Assembly (NCBI RefSeq): GCF_018977255.1
Contig: NW_024705363.1
Coordinates: forward strand, 1 to 51,565
DNA length: 51,565 bases
From: Callorhinchus milii
Lineage: Eukaryota
Direction of reading: 5' to 3'
Every line of letters starts with the position of its first letter. The stretch's first letter is position 1. Positions 10,749 to 36,200 of this stretch are shown piece after piece. The notes under the pieces are model-generated. The model made no database searches, was not told where the DNA came from, and saw only the letters and a list, made by a program, of their open reading frames with translations. The translations under genes were made by a program, and so were the position numbers.

Positions 10749-10990
10749 TCTCCATATATATAAAAGGCAAAGTTGTGAATGTGTGTCTGTTCAAAATGTT
10801 TAGCGCACTTCCCGACATGCACCAAACTGGAAATTTGCCATGTGGGTACTTTCCAGACTGTACACCATGCAAAAATTATAAAAATACACTTTTTTTTGGG
10901 GGGGGGGGGGGGGGAGCTCAATAATGCATATATTTTTTGCACAGCAAGTGAACTGTGACGTCAAATCTGTCACGTGACCCGCACATGTGC
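10749..10990 (+). mobile_element. 5' fragment of the same Helitron-like family
   Basis: A|TCTCCATATATATAAAAGG start; ~230 bp highly similar to 7820-8052, including the T-run/G-run and TGACGTCA. Confidence 0.7.
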
Positions 10991-10994
10991 AAGC

Positions 10995-11180
10995 GAACCC
11001 GGCGACCAGAGTTCGATTCCCGCTCACGGCCACCACCAGTGATGATTATTTCAACCGCTCCTGGGCCTCCCCTAGGTCGACTCAGCCTCAAACGAGTAAC
11101 TGCTGTGGTGTGTGAACATTGTCACTGGGGATCCAAAGGCGGCCGGGCGTGACGCTGTCACCCACCCCCTCGTATGATAT
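10995..11180 (+). mobile_element. 5'-truncated tRNA-derived SINE fragment
   Basis: B-box GAGTTCGATTCCC (11009-11021), then GGTCGACTCAGCCTCAAACGAGTA and AAAGGCGGCCGGGCGTGACGCTG, which resemble conserved SINE central domains (Nin/Deu-like, from recall). Confidence 0.55.
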
Positions 11181-11492
11181 AAATTGGAATTCAATTATTT
11201 GCAGCATACCAGTCGACATTACTTAAAATTTTTATTCAGTGTATACAACCAGCTATGATATGTATCAGATACACAGACAAACTTGAATAAGAAATTAAAA
11301 GTAGGCAAAGTAGTATGGAAAGATGCACGTTCAGAATGACACTGAACTACATAGAATAGCACGTGGATCAGAGAACATGAATCAGATATAATATTGGATG
11401 AATGACTGATGGACAAGACTCGTGAACAGAGTGGCAAGCTCGTGGTTAAAACGTGCCTGAGAATTTGACTACTGCAGATATTTATCAGGTGA

Positions 11493-11850
11493 ATTTATTC
11501 TATTATTTCGTATGGCAATATGTTCAGGAGCTAAATGCCAACATCGATGTCTGCTAGCCACGAGAGGGCTTCAGGATAGTTCGTGTAGTTTTGCTAGTCC
11601 ATTGGAGGAATGCAGGCTATTGTGGTTAACGGTAAGGCCCATAGTCTTAATCTTCCATTTATGAAGGAGATGCGTATATCGGCCTGTTGATGTTCTGATT
11701 CAGTTGATGGTACACCATCATGGACTGTCAAAGCCAGGAGGTGCGATGTTTGGGTCTCGAATGAGGTCTTTATTCTGGACATCTGCGTTGGTCCACTCTG
11801 TTCGCCAGCGTTCTTCTGATAAGGTGATGACATGAGTTAATGTGCAAGCG
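11493..11850 (-). mobile_element. Degenerate 3' end of an RTE/RTEX-like non-LTR retrotransposon
   Basis: Minus strand gives ERWRTEWTNADVQNKDLIRDPNIAPPGFD...N*IRTSTGRYTHLLHKWKI...GLAKLHEL..EALSWLADIDVGI*, followed by a GCCATACGAAATAATAGAATAAA tail. Confidence 0.55.
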
Positions 11851-12004
11851 TGAGATTGGTTGTGCTTTCAAAGGACCATAAAATGATGGTGACACATTAG
11901 GAAGCCTTCATACAGCTAGCGATACACCATGACCAATAATATACATTTATAAAATCATCTATTTGAAATCACCATTATATATAATTAGTTACCAAAGATA
12001 TACA

Positions 12005-12021
12005 TTTATTTAGTATTTATT
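12005..12021 (-). terminator. Candidate CDA polyadenylation signals
   Basis: Two AATAAA on the minus strand (12016-12021 and 12005-12010), ~400 bp after the stop codon. Confidence 0.45.
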
Positions 12022-12420
12022 ATGTACTACATATACAGGCATGTACACCTTACATACACGACACTAAAGCTAAGTTAGTTAAGTGTGTGAGTTTTTACGC
12101 AATTTTCACCGATTAGTCCTTATAAAAAAATACAAATTAGCTGACTGGGGCCAGATGCATCTATTATGCATTCTGGGGTCACCTCAGGCACCTGTGTATT
12201 TGTCTTGATTCGGAATATGTATTGCAATTTACAATGCATAGACAAAATAAAGTAGAGAAAAATATTGATTTGTAAATATGAGCAAGAAAATGAATTAAAC
12301 CCCAGTGGAAGGGTGGACTGATAATGATATTATAACAATAACATAAGCGGCCTAATAGTTGACCCTGATGTGCAGGCCATGCTCTGTAAAGTTGCTGGGT
12401 TGTTGCATGATTGAACATTT

Positions 12421-23799
<11,379 letters not shown>

Positions 23800-23857
23800 C
23801 GAGATGTCAGCAAAACGTGTCCGACCGATTAAGTCAGGCGGACCTGCTGTCACGCGC

Positions 23858-23865
23858 TTTATATA
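23858..23865 (-). promoter_or_regulatory. Candidate TATA box of CDA
   Basis: GGG-TATATAAA-GCGCG on the minus strand in a CpG-containing context upstream of the candidate ATG exon. Confidence 0.55.
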
Positions 23866-24201
23866 CCCAGGAACGAGTTTGCCCAGGAAGGGGGCTTTGC
23901 TGACTTTGCTCACTCATTTACGACCACAGAAAGGAATATAATTAAATAAGCGTGAGCCCGTGCGTGCAGACAGAGAGGTTCAGAGCTGATGACCGTCGTT
24001 TTTTGGCTGGTGGTGGGTTGACACGAGAGCTGCTTGGGCGTTGCCAACACTTCTGGATGGACTGGGAATCTGGCGCAAATTGGCATCGATCTCTCTCGGT
24101 GGCTTTCGAAAGCAATGCCCGGGGGTGTGGGGATGGGAGGTGATTTTAATTGGACACGTTTCGTAAATGGACCCGTGATGTAGCTAGCTGGTCACCCGAG
24201 A

Positions 24202-24231
24202 NNNNNNNNNNNNNNNNNNNNNNNNNNNNNN
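24202..24231. other. Gap of 30 N
   Basis: Run of 30 N characters. Confidence 1.
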
Positions 24232-27200
24232 ACGCGATGAGGTGCGTCTCTTGCGGGTAAAGAAGTCATGGGTAAACTTGATCGTATTTCAACACTTAAT
24301 AACTTCTCGCGTTTTCTAATGGCAGCCCGGAGGCTGTCTGTTAGACGGTCTTAATATGCTTTAGCCCCATAGCCGCGCCAATTTAAAGCAATCAGATCCT
24401 CCTGCGCCCGCACATCCCACGTTTATATGTATTCCAGAATACTCTTCGCGCAGCGGAGCCCAGGTCTACTCAAAGTGTCAACAAAGCCAGGAGAATAATC
24501 TACAGGTTGTTGAGAGCGGCGTTCACACGCCATACCTACACAGCTTCGCGCTCCTGTATCTACCCCAAGACAATACATCGTAATGACGAATCATGTCGCC
24601 TCAGCGCAACCCTTATTTGCGCCTGGCCCAATGTAAGCCCCGTAACGTCGAGAACCTCAACCTGAAAATACCAAGGGAACGTCCAAGATTCAAGGTTGTC
24701 TAAGCCTGGAGTTGTCCATCTACATTGGAGCGTGACAGAAAATGTGACGAATAAGGTTTGTGGCAGCCAGGTCGGGCCAGCAAGCTGCCGCCGGCGTGAA
24801 ATGTCGTTGGCGCAACGGTTCGAGAATATCGAAATTTATGTTTTCACATCGTCCGATCCCGGGTCCCGTCAGCGCAAAAGAATATAGGTGGCCTCCCCTG
24901 CCGCCTGATAAACGCGTCTGAGCGATGAGATCCGCTTACAGGTTGTGAGTTGGATTATGAGGCGCTTACTATGGGAAGAGTTGCGATAACATCCGTAGCC
25001 TAACGCGAATCACTCGAAAATTCTGAACAAACCGTAGCGGAGCCATTATGGCCAGTCCATGTTCCGGAGTCCCTTGCAAAGTAGCGCCTCGTAATATAAG
25101 CCTGCCCGTAAATCTTAAACCTGCTATGATCCCCGAGATTGACAGGTCGAACAATACCATGATATTCGTCTCCCGGACGGGAGACCGGAAGCTGGCCTCT
25201 TAATTTCAGTAAGGGTGGATAAGGCCGGAGATCCTGTCTAAGCGTCCTGAGTTAGCGAGGTGAGAATAACGCGTTCTCAGTCATTTGCCGCATCCGATCG
25301 ATCGGCAGTTCACTTTTCGACGCGATGATACTTGTGACCCTAGCACTCCACTGATAGAGGTAGAATGAGTATTCGGCTTATATGACGCTTTATCCGCAAC
25401 GTGCCGCTCACGAGCGGCAATCCGTAGTTCTTAAATGCATGTGAGACAGCGGCTCATATAATCGATACTGAGATACGAACAGGGAAGCTCAGATAGAGAA
25501 TATTTCTTCTAGGCGTTCGGTGAAAGGCCCGGACAAGCGTTCCTGGAATGCAATCGGAGTAATTGGTGAGCAGTGGACCTTAGAAACCATCTGCGCGAGA
25601 TCGTCTGAATTCGAAATTGGGTGGATAGTTAAGGGTAGGCATATCCTCTGAGCCGGCAGTCGGGTTCCATAGTAAGGTGGGTTGACGTCGTGCTATCACT
25701 TACTGTCGTGATAAAAGGTTTGTAGTGGGGAGAGGTACGATGAATAATACGGCGCCCGCCATATTTTGTGAGCCAGATACCGACGATCCATAAAGCAGAT
25801 ATGATTGAGGAGGCTTGTACAATCAAACTCGTTGCTTCGACAGCCTTAGAGTTATAATTAGAACACCTGGGTATTATAAAACATGTAATGACTGGAGTCT
25901 GACTTACCTTGACCCGTTAGACGGCATTCGCGTCAAATGTATGGCAAGAGAACCTGCCTGAGGCCGAGGTGGTCGGGTATCTGATCGCAAAGGACATTAT
26001 GCGAAGGCCTAAACCCCTCGCAACGCATAGCAACCTTACCCGGGTAATGGAGCCGACTTTCGGGGAGATGAAGTGGCCGCGGGCTCTGAACCGAACGATA
26101 CGACTTGGTTAAATCCATCAAATAGGAATGGGCAGGATCATTAGGCGTGGATTCATCCAGACCGCGAGCATAAGCCGAGGATCACTACGACATCGTAATG
26201 GTCTGTTCAACCGTGTTTTTGCGCTGGAGGCTGTGTCTTGCGTTCAAGATCTGCAGACTCGAAGTTCCTTCATCCAACCGGATGCGGCTGGGTCCTCTCC
26301 TGAGACACCTGGGGGAAGTCACAGCCTAAGCATCTCTCGGGACACTCGACGGTTAAGCTGAAAAGTGAGGACGCAGTATAGGTGCACTCTTCCTGGATCA
26401 GCAGCTTGTCAGAGGCCAACCCTATATAACTAGGGTTCCGGTATCATCAAGTAGTTTCTCGGCTGTGGTCGAGGAGGATCCGCGGACAAGCCTCGGGCCC
26501 TAGGAAGTTTTCAACTGATTAGGCAGGCGTAAGCCTCTATATATCTACAGTGGATGGCCTTGTAGAAAGACACTTGAAAGCAACACCCGTCAGCTCCAGT
26601 TACGGGCATCTGACCCCCCCGCTCAGGGAATCCTCACCATCTCGCGGTAAGTTGTCCTCATGTAGCCACTTCGGCTAAATAGCAGTCAAGCACGCCCGTG
26701 TTGTGAAGCAACGTGCTACTGGTCCTGGAACCCAGAGGCCCATTACCACGAGACCGCAAGCACGCATGTATCCTTCGTTAATGAATGGAAAATGTAGCGT
26801 GACGTGCTAGAAAATCGGCAGGTATGTCCTCAATAATGGCAAACTCGCCGGGACATCTCCATATATGTTGGGAGAAGCTTTCACAGAACCGTACCCACTT
26901 TATTTAAAAAACATAAGGGGAGTCACGCCTTCACCCTAATGAATAAGCTTAACGCTAATATCATGGAACAAGAAGCATACGTGCCTCTCACCAGGCATTG
27001 AGCAAAGACACGAGATACCGAGTTTTTGATCGGATCATCGCAATCGGGAGCCGATCGTGATAGGCTGGAAGACGCAAGCGCTATACCCCTTGAGGTCACG
27101 GACCGTCGGTGACGGACGTGCCAGTTATACGGACACTTTGTGTTCAAGGAAGAGTGGGACCGGTACCTTTGCACCTGCTAGATTAAAGGTCGTTCGGCTA

Positions 27201-30200
27201 CGCTGCTCCATTGCAACCTCCGCTTAGGGATTTAGGTACTTGAAAAACGTCACCTGCTCTTCGCGAATTATCGGTCAATGAAACCGCGGGGCCTTGGGAG
27301 CTATACTGCGGTTACCCAAAATGCCACGCTTCTCCTACCCGTGGTCAAAGTTACCAAGTTGCTGTATGTGGAAAGACGTTAGCCCTACATGAATGGCGTA
27401 GGCGGCTCCCTCGCACCTGACGCAGAAAGCCTCGGCTTCATCTCAACGATCCAGTACCGCCGTGAGCCCAAGCTTTCGCTAAATAAATCGTGCTCCAGTC
27501 ATTCTACGTATACTCGGGTGCCAAAGACTAGTATCAGGCAGAAATAACATGGGATCATTATCGACATCGGACCGTTCGAACGAAGACATTGTAGCTTTGA
27601 TGCTCTCTTGTCGGAAAGGGATCATTACTGTATTAGCGTACATTGTCCACTTAAGCTGCTTCTACTCTTCGATCTACTGTAGATAGAATCGCCCCACGGT
27701 CGACGCGATATTCCGAAAAATCCGAATTTGACCTTCGACACTAACACCGAATCTCCACTGATCACATGGCTAACTCTACGTTAACCCGCCAAGGCAGCGT
27801 CGCGGCAGGTCTCCAATCGTATGCAGTAATACGCACTTGTAGACATTGTGCGTTGGTTATACAGACGAAATTCCAAGCAGCGCCCATCTTTGCAAACGCT
27901 GTAGATGACTGGTGCCCTGCAAACCTTTGTCATGAGAAAGAGGTACCCTCTCCATCGTCCTACCACACGCTGCTAAAATCTCGTGCTTGCGCGGGGTTAC
28001 TTAGTATCAATCGGCCGTTAAGAGTGAGTCACCATGACACCTGGCGATGGAGATATATTGTTTATCGCTAAGCTTAGTTCGGATTTCGCGGGTATATGTT
28101 TAGGCACTGGTGCTCCACGCTTCGACGATTGGATGATTCCGCCAACTTTCATAGGACGACACGAGTCCCACATCATCTAACGCAAGTAAATAAATACGGC
28201 TTCGGAAACATCCCGAATAGTGCGAGATTCGCGCTGTTTCGACTCAAAATTATGTCTAATAGGAGGTTTAGTTACTGTCGCGTACTTGGTGGACCATCCC
28301 AGAATCCGGAATAAATGGTTCAACAGTAGGGCGCGCAAACCTTAAACTGGTACACGCGGCATGCACTCCATTACCGCAGGGCTCCTAAACGCATCATAAG
28401 GGACTATTCTCGTGACGTAGCCTTGATACTCGCCTCGAGAGGTTAGTGCCCATTTTCGTGCCGTCGATCCGTATCAGGCCTGACACATAATTCCTACCGA
28501 TCGCTACCCAGCTATCCTAGAAGGCATTGGAGGAGTGGTTGGGACCACCGGCCGGCAGTAGTAACTCAGTTGTCGTTATAGTGACTTCCAACAGGCTCGA
28601 TTTGTGCCAACCAGAAGAGAAGTGCTTGAGGAGAAGTAGTTGGTGTGTGAAGGAAAAATGCGATGAGGCCGCCGAAACGAATATGGACCACTGTGCCATG
28701 CGCATTGGTCTCCCGAAACCACGGTTCGCAAAGCACCAGAAGTACTAAAGGTATGCCTGGCTTCCATCCATCCATATGCTCGTCGCCGATTTCTCACTCA
28801 AACGTATTCACCTACTTAGGGTTTACAGAGCTCAGGACAGCAGAGTTTTACGGTGTGAACAAGCTGAGCAAAGTCTCGCAGAACTGTCCATAATATGGAC
28901 GTAGCAATCCACGCGGACCCCTCGCGCTGCGGTGGTATGCCCCGGCCCTGAATTGCCGTCTATTAGGCCTCTAATGCGGCCCCCCCAACATCGTGTAGCG
29001 GGAAGACCACTACAGCTAACAGTCCCATCATTCGTGTAGTTGGCCTACTCACTGCGTATCTGATTCTAATGCTGGATTCAGCAACTCCTCTGGGCCCCGA
29101 ATGAATATTTTGATACACCGGATAAGTGGGTAAGTGCAGGGTAGAGCTCTGCACGAGTCGCGTACCGTTTTGGATCCGAGCTATAGCCGAGTTATTTGAA
29201 CTATGAATTATTGACACACACTCGTTTTACGTGCGTGGGTTTACAAGTCCGATGTGGGTAAGTTACTTCGGGAGCAATTACAGGAATGGCCGGTGAAGAG
29301 AAGGAGCTTCGGAGATTAGTACTCTGCGCGCTCATGCCGATAGTGCGACTCGTAGAGGCCCTTTGCATCAGCTCCTTCAGCGTCGGTATATAAAGCTGCA
29401 TGGGCTTTGTGGAAATTCATCATACTCCCCGCGCACAAACCCTGTGGTGTCCGAGGACCGCACCTACTGACTGGTCGCCCTCAAGTCCCGTGCTTCTCTA
29501 GCACGGACACACGGTACGCAAGTCGTGGGTATTAGGGGTAGCCTTTCCGGACAGCCGATTGCTAAGGTGGACATCCACTGTCTTCGTCCAAACTTAAACT
29601 TGGTTTAACTTTGCTACTTACGGCGTGGTATAGAGTCCTTGGAGCGATAGCAATAATAAGAGTTACACGCGCAAGAGCGTGTAGAAGCGCCCGGATAGCT
29701 AACGTGAACGATGTCAGATACATTTTTACGTTCGACATGTTTATGGTTGAACCCACATAGCGGTCGATTTTGTCGGTGACTAACTTGTTGCACTTGGACA
29801 CGGTCCGGACACCTACGGAATACTCTAGATTGCACCATTACTGCAGCCAAAGAGAGGGGATGGGATTCTCCTCCATTTAGATCGCAGCCGCACTTGGTAT
29901 GGTGAGACCGAACTACCTACAAAACTGGTTTGATAAAGAATGGAGTAGTGACAATTTCCCTCCTCCGCGTACCGAGTTGCCCATTAAGCTCAAGTCGACC
30001 GGCACAACTGCCTTTGATACAACAACGCTTCTTTATGGGCCTGGGTCAGACCGATACCTAGATATGTTGCACGTCTAGTCATGGCTAGAGTCTACGAATC
30101 AAAATCGTAGCTATAGATACTCCCTGAGTTCTGTAAAGAGATTGATAAGATCCCAGATCCATGGGGTATACACCGCACTAGGCGCCGGTAGTGCTTAGTA

Positions 30201-33200
30201 CACGGAGGGCATCGCTTGCCTCGCTCATCTGTGATAAAATTGATTTTCCCGAAGAGCACTAGCTGGTAAACCGTTGCCAAATTGAATTTCTGGCATAGGT
30301 ACTAGCGAGCAGGGCTTCAACGAATAGCAACGCGTCAAAAACGTCTGACAGCAATTGGCGGCAAGACAGCTTATATTGCATCTTGGTTAAACCTGCCGAA
30401 CAGGCGTTGCTAGCCATCGGCATATTCGCGACGTTTAGGCCAATACGCCGGTCCGGGACTAGCCGTCCCGGCGCACGACAAACATCCTTTTCCGTCGGTG
30501 CGTTGAGTTCTCAAAGGGATCGATTGACGGGCGAGAACTGAGGATAGATAGATATGCATCATCGGCCGTAAACGGGTACAACAAATTTTAGGTCCGAAGC
30601 CTCACATCTAATAAAAGCTCATATCAGCGAAAACCATGTGCAAAAAAAAGTTAATTGGAGTGCGGACATTGTGCGCACAAAGGTGTGAGGAGAAGCAGGC
30701 CCGTTGACCCTCTACCTGCCCCAGGGGAAACACCACGCAATTATAAGCACTTGTACAAGGGTAATTTTGATACGAAGTTGTTCGAAGCTATACGAATACC
30801 TGGCGCCAAGCACTCACTTCTCTTTTTTACAATCGACGAGCGTGATGGACTCATTGCATCTGGAGTTTTTCCTGCAGGTTAACTTCCGACTGTTTGGAAA
30901 ATGCTTGCGATCATCGTCTACAAACTGCGGACGTCGGCGATCACCATAGAGATTCGCGAAGACACTGGGAATATTACTTCCGAGAGGCTAAGATTGTGAG
31001 TCTTGGCTCGCACCAGTTAAAGGTCGTTCAATTGGGAAATGTTGGGGGTTCTCGGCAGATTCAGGCTCTGTAAACGAGGTGTAGGTTTAACCTACGTATG
31101 ACCCGGGCTCCCACTTTCTTGATCCCCACAGCATAGGTCAGGTCGGGCCGGTGTCAGTGATAGAAGAATACGGTCCTGAGAGTTCGTTGACATAGAATTT
31201 AGTTGACGTACCAATACGTATCCCCATAGCAATAACCTTTATGGTCAAGGTAAGACGTATCCTCTCCTCGCCCTCCATGCGTGGTTGCGTAGGCTGCAGA
31301 GTGAGTTTCAAGCGATTCGGTCAAGTCAAGCCTGAACATGGTATAGTGCATAGAGCTTAGTTGTTACGAACCTAACATCGCCGTAATACGAGTCGTTTAT
31401 CCCTAAACGCGAGGCGTAAAACGCGGCGTTCTTCGATATGGGTTGTGATACTGACAGATATTAGCACGATAAACGGAACTGGGTTAATATTCGAATACAG
31501 GCACGTGGGCAACTCCAGCCTTAATTGTACTCACGACGGAGAATCGGAGTCTCTTTATGTCCCATCCCGAATATTATCCAGCAAGTGGGTCGAGAAGCGG
31601 CAGGTGCGTTACTTTTACTGGCAGCTAATCGCCCATGGATCCGAACTCAGGTCATGGCCAGTGACTCTGGAAGGTGCCCCTGAAAGCTGTACTAGTTATT
31701 AGTCCATAGTAGATGAATAGCACGTCCACTACGCAAGAGGCCCGGATTCTCGCTACGGCCACTTGGGATGTAGTCCATTAAGTATCGCAGAGGCGCCCGA
31801 TGCATTTCAATCAGTAAACTCGGGTTGGTGGGATTCCCTCATAAAAGTTGGGAACATAACGCATCGCAGCGTGTTCCCCTCGACCATTACAATGAAGTTT
31901 ACGTGGAGAACCGTCTTAGTCCAATCGCTCTCATCCTTGGCTCTCTGTGGATACGGCAATCTCGCACACTCTCCGGGGTGGTAGAGGATGAGCAGAGGTA
32001 TCTAGAACTCAGGTTACTGCCAAGACGTGGTTGGGGTTGACTATCGGCATCCAAGTACGCTAGGCCAGTCCATTGGAGTTAGTTAATGCCCTCATTCATA
32101 AAGTGGGTACGCTAATTAGATCAGTACGTTGGCGTAACGTTTATCGGAGCGATTAGCAGAGTGCAGCTATCGTGTCCGCAGATGACTTGCGTAGGGACTT
32201 AAAACTTGGCACGTTTGCGAGCCGTCAACCCGAAACTCAATTGCATGTTCCGAGAGGAGAAGACACACACTCAAACTACCCTTGAGATCAGGGGGAGGGA
32301 CTGGAGCTACATCACCTTTATGCTGGGGGTTAGTTACTAGACAGTGGTCAATCCTTCTATAGTTCTCTGTTGAGGATGTGGAGGTATGACGCTCTGTTCT
32401 GGCGGTAAAGGTGAGGCAAAACCCTGAAAAACCCAGCTGATCTCAACATCGTTAGGCGGTGTTACGTTAACCGGTGGGTTTTCAAATGGTCGGGAAAGTA
32501 ACTTGGGTACTATATCGACTTCATAAGGCCGGCTTTGATTGGAAAACCCGATTGGACGCTTCTTCCTACGGTTGAGTACAACACTTGACACACAAGTGTG
32601 CTATATATATGCATGAGACCAGAGCCATTGTGATAAGCAGAATGCTAGTGATTGACTGGATGGTTCTTTACAAGTCTACGGATCAAACGGTCGCTGTGGG
32701 TACGTAATGGCAAACGGAGGTGCATGAGGTTACCACTGGCCTCCAATCTTGGTGCTTAATCACTATGATACGAACGGGAAGAAGGAATGAGGGGAACACT
32801 GTATGAACGTTGACAGGTTTGCGGAAATGCCTGGCAGATAGATCCTACAAGTGGGAACATGCCGGGAGGAGACAACGGGCCCCAAACATACTTGACTAGG
32901 TAGATATAACGCGCTCATGGTAAGAACCCGGCCTTGCTACTGGGCCTAGAGACAAAATTACGCAGGTTATGACAGGTGGGCCGTCGGCCGGTAGCTTCGA
33001 TACAGAATATTATTGGTTATTAGAAATGGATGACAGCAGGTAAATGAGGTGATGCTATAATCTGCCTGCTGTTACTTACAAATGGTCTCCCTAGGGTTAG
33101 AGACGAAGTTAGATCCTGTCACCTCCAGCCTATTAGATGAAGACCAATTATGAGGCAAAACGCGGGCACCACGGGCCTTGTTCATGTCTGACGTTTGTGG

Positions 33201-36200
33201 GAAGGTAAATGATCTCAAGATACAGGTTGGGAGGATTCCGGACCTTTCGTCGCAGGCAAACACTGTCTTACCTCGACTCGCTACGCTAGGGTCGGTGCTC
33301 AATGAAGGCTGACCTGGAGATCTAGACGATCTCTAGTCCTTACCCTGAACGTGACGCTGTGTACGAAGATAAGAGCGGAACCGTAGACAATAGGCTTGGT
33401 ATGCCGCTGCATAGCGGCCATAGCCGGATGCTAACTCCACGAGTTAGTTGGTAAAGACTTCTAATACATCAGTCTCTAAGGTTGTTTAAATTGTTATACA
33501 GTAGGACATAAGTACCAAGAGCGTGGGGCTTGAGACACTTGATCCATCTCTACCTCGTGGCGGGGCTTAATAAGCATAGCGTTCTATCCGAAGGATTCCA
33601 ATGCTTGCGCGATACCAGCAGGATCTCGCGTAAATACGTTGCCACCAGGATAGCGACCGGACAAGTTTCCGCATCCGCATACAATGACCTCGTGATCCAG
33701 GTCGTACCAACATAGGAGAAGACTAGCCACTGACATATATTGATCAGCCAAGGCAAAAAGCCTAACCTAGAGCAGAATCAAAGACAGTTCAGGCATAATC
33801 CCTACGATATAAGGAATCTAGTTTTCGCAAACCACTATATCTCTGGGAAATCGGATATAGCCTCTCGAGGATTTAGATCTTAGACGGTAGGTCCATCGTA
33901 TTACAGCAAGTATAACTCGTTCAGACCCTAATTGGCTTGTTCCAGGAGAGTCCAACAAATGCCAGAATTCTACCAGCATGGAAAGTCTAGGCCTAGAAGA
34001 TATATAGCACGTACGAAGAGTCTGAAGTATAGGTTTTGTGATTCATCGGTTTGGCTGAGCGGTCTGGGTTGAGCGTCCAGTGCCGTTAGAATATTCCTTC
34101 TACTGGGGTTACGTTAGTACAAATTATTTCTACCTAGTAAAGGGATGCTGCGCGTTTAATTGTCCTTAAGTGGCGGCCTTGTACTCCGTTCGGCGAGAAC
34201 AGACAGTATGACGTATTATCCGTCCCTGCGATTTGGCGGTCGCGGAATGATAGGTTCGGTTTGGGACGGCCTCATGTTGACCGGAGCAACTCACTCGTAC
34301 TGTACGCGGGTAACGTGCTAACGTGGAGTGGTAGTAAAAGAACTTCTCCGGACGATTAAAATACGAAGAGACTAACAGCTGCGGTTGTGGCGAAGATGCT
34401 AGAATTCACTTACGATCGTATCACGATCTTAGGGACCCACACCGATGTCCACTCAGTGTTTTTTAGGTTTATAGGGTGGCGCTGTCGCTAGGGCGTCTAA
34501 CACGAGCCATGATGCAAAGGAAAGCTTCTTGATAATCGTTCCTTTGATTTCCCCGGCGTCAATATTCGTCTCCCTACTTCAGAGTTGGCGCCCTCCGGCG
34601 ATGTCCTTATCGGCCATGTTTCTATACGAACCAAACGAAATATAATTACATTGCATACTGGCTCACCATTTATGTGAGCTCTTCGTGTAATGCCAGAGGA
34701 GACGAACAACACGGATTCCGTGCCATGCTCTCCGACTGATCTTTGTCTCCTATGATCGTCGGGAAGGAGTCCCCCATCGGCGGGATAATAAACCTGGAAA
34801 GATCCATAGCATTTTACGTGTTTAAATTTGGAGTTATGAGACTACACATCTAAGTCCTACCCACGAGAAATGAACGTCAGCATCCGTTGTGTGCCTGGGA
34901 CGCTCCAATCAATCAGAAGGAAACTAACTTGCAAAAAAGTGAGCACAGGGCAATCGTGTATCGGGAACAAATGGCCGCATGTTAGTTAAGCCTCGTCAAA
35001 GCGGAAAGCGGCGTGCGTAGTGGAGATGGTATATTGTCATTGGCCACCCACGCCTCAGTCGCTCGATCCTATCGTGGCGGGGACCATGGTGAAATTTCAA
35101 GTGAGGGACGAGGCCTTTGCAATCTGAGTCCGGACACGCGATCTAGTCAGTGGCACGTCAAGCGGGGCCTCCTCTCGCGTGCAACAACGACCTCAGGGGT
35201 ATTCGAGGCCTGCAGCAACTCTTATGTGTCCGGCTAGGCCGAAGGGAATATAAATCAGTGAGCCGGCACTTGTTGCTAAGTGTGAGTGAGGCCGGCTTGC
35301 CTCAAAGTTCATAATTGCGTAGACTTACCATTGTCCTTCAACGGCACACGAGGCCTTAGTACCCTGAACTTGACGCCTTAAATAACTCGTGCAAAGTCTC
35401 GTAGCCCACCGTACGCAATATGAAATCCCGGAACGCGCACGACACAATTGCATTTAGATACGGGCAAATCTTCTTACGCAATGTGCATAACATGCCGATG
35501 ACGGAAAGCGAATTGACATATGGTTGCCTAAATATTAGTACGATTTCTAGGGAATACGTGCTGCATTGAAATTTAAGGGGGGGGTGATCCGTTATAGGCG
35601 GAGCGCATGAGCCTGATTCAGACTACTACAAATTCTTAATTAGCTTGACCGATAGAGTAGCTTTACCTTACTCTCGCTGCAGTGCCCTACTGACACAACT
35701 GCCGTCCGTAACTACGATCGCCGCGTCTGTTTGAAGTGCCGCCTTGCGAAAATTGGCCTTAATTTTTAGATATCGCATCTCCTGATAGGCTGTTTAAGAT
35801 CGTGGGATTCTGGTTGCAAGTGTCTCTGTTAGGGGTGTTTGAGTTAGTCTGAATACGGGGCGGTCATTATTGAGTTTTTATCTCAGGGTCCGGATTACAC
35901 TGAGTTCCAGATAAATGTCAGTTAAGCGTTATGACATAGTTGCTTAAGAACGTGATGACTTGTCGACGAGACTGAACGGTTTAGAAGAATACGACCGTTC
36001 TCCTGTCCTAGACGACGCCTTCATATCTTCTAGCTAGGCCTCCTCTCCCAACTAGACAACCAACTTGAATTTTTGAAGATCACCTACCAACATATTCAGT
36101 ACCCCTCCATTTCGTGCGCCAACTGTATTGGGAAGACTCGAGCATTGCTTCCTCTGTCGAAACACACTCAATGGATTAAACGACGAGCTAAGATCTCACG

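Noticed and set aside
8019..10963. TGACGTCA (CRE) sites at 8019, 8076 and 10956
   Set aside because: They lie within repeat copies downstream of CDA; there is no evidence of function.
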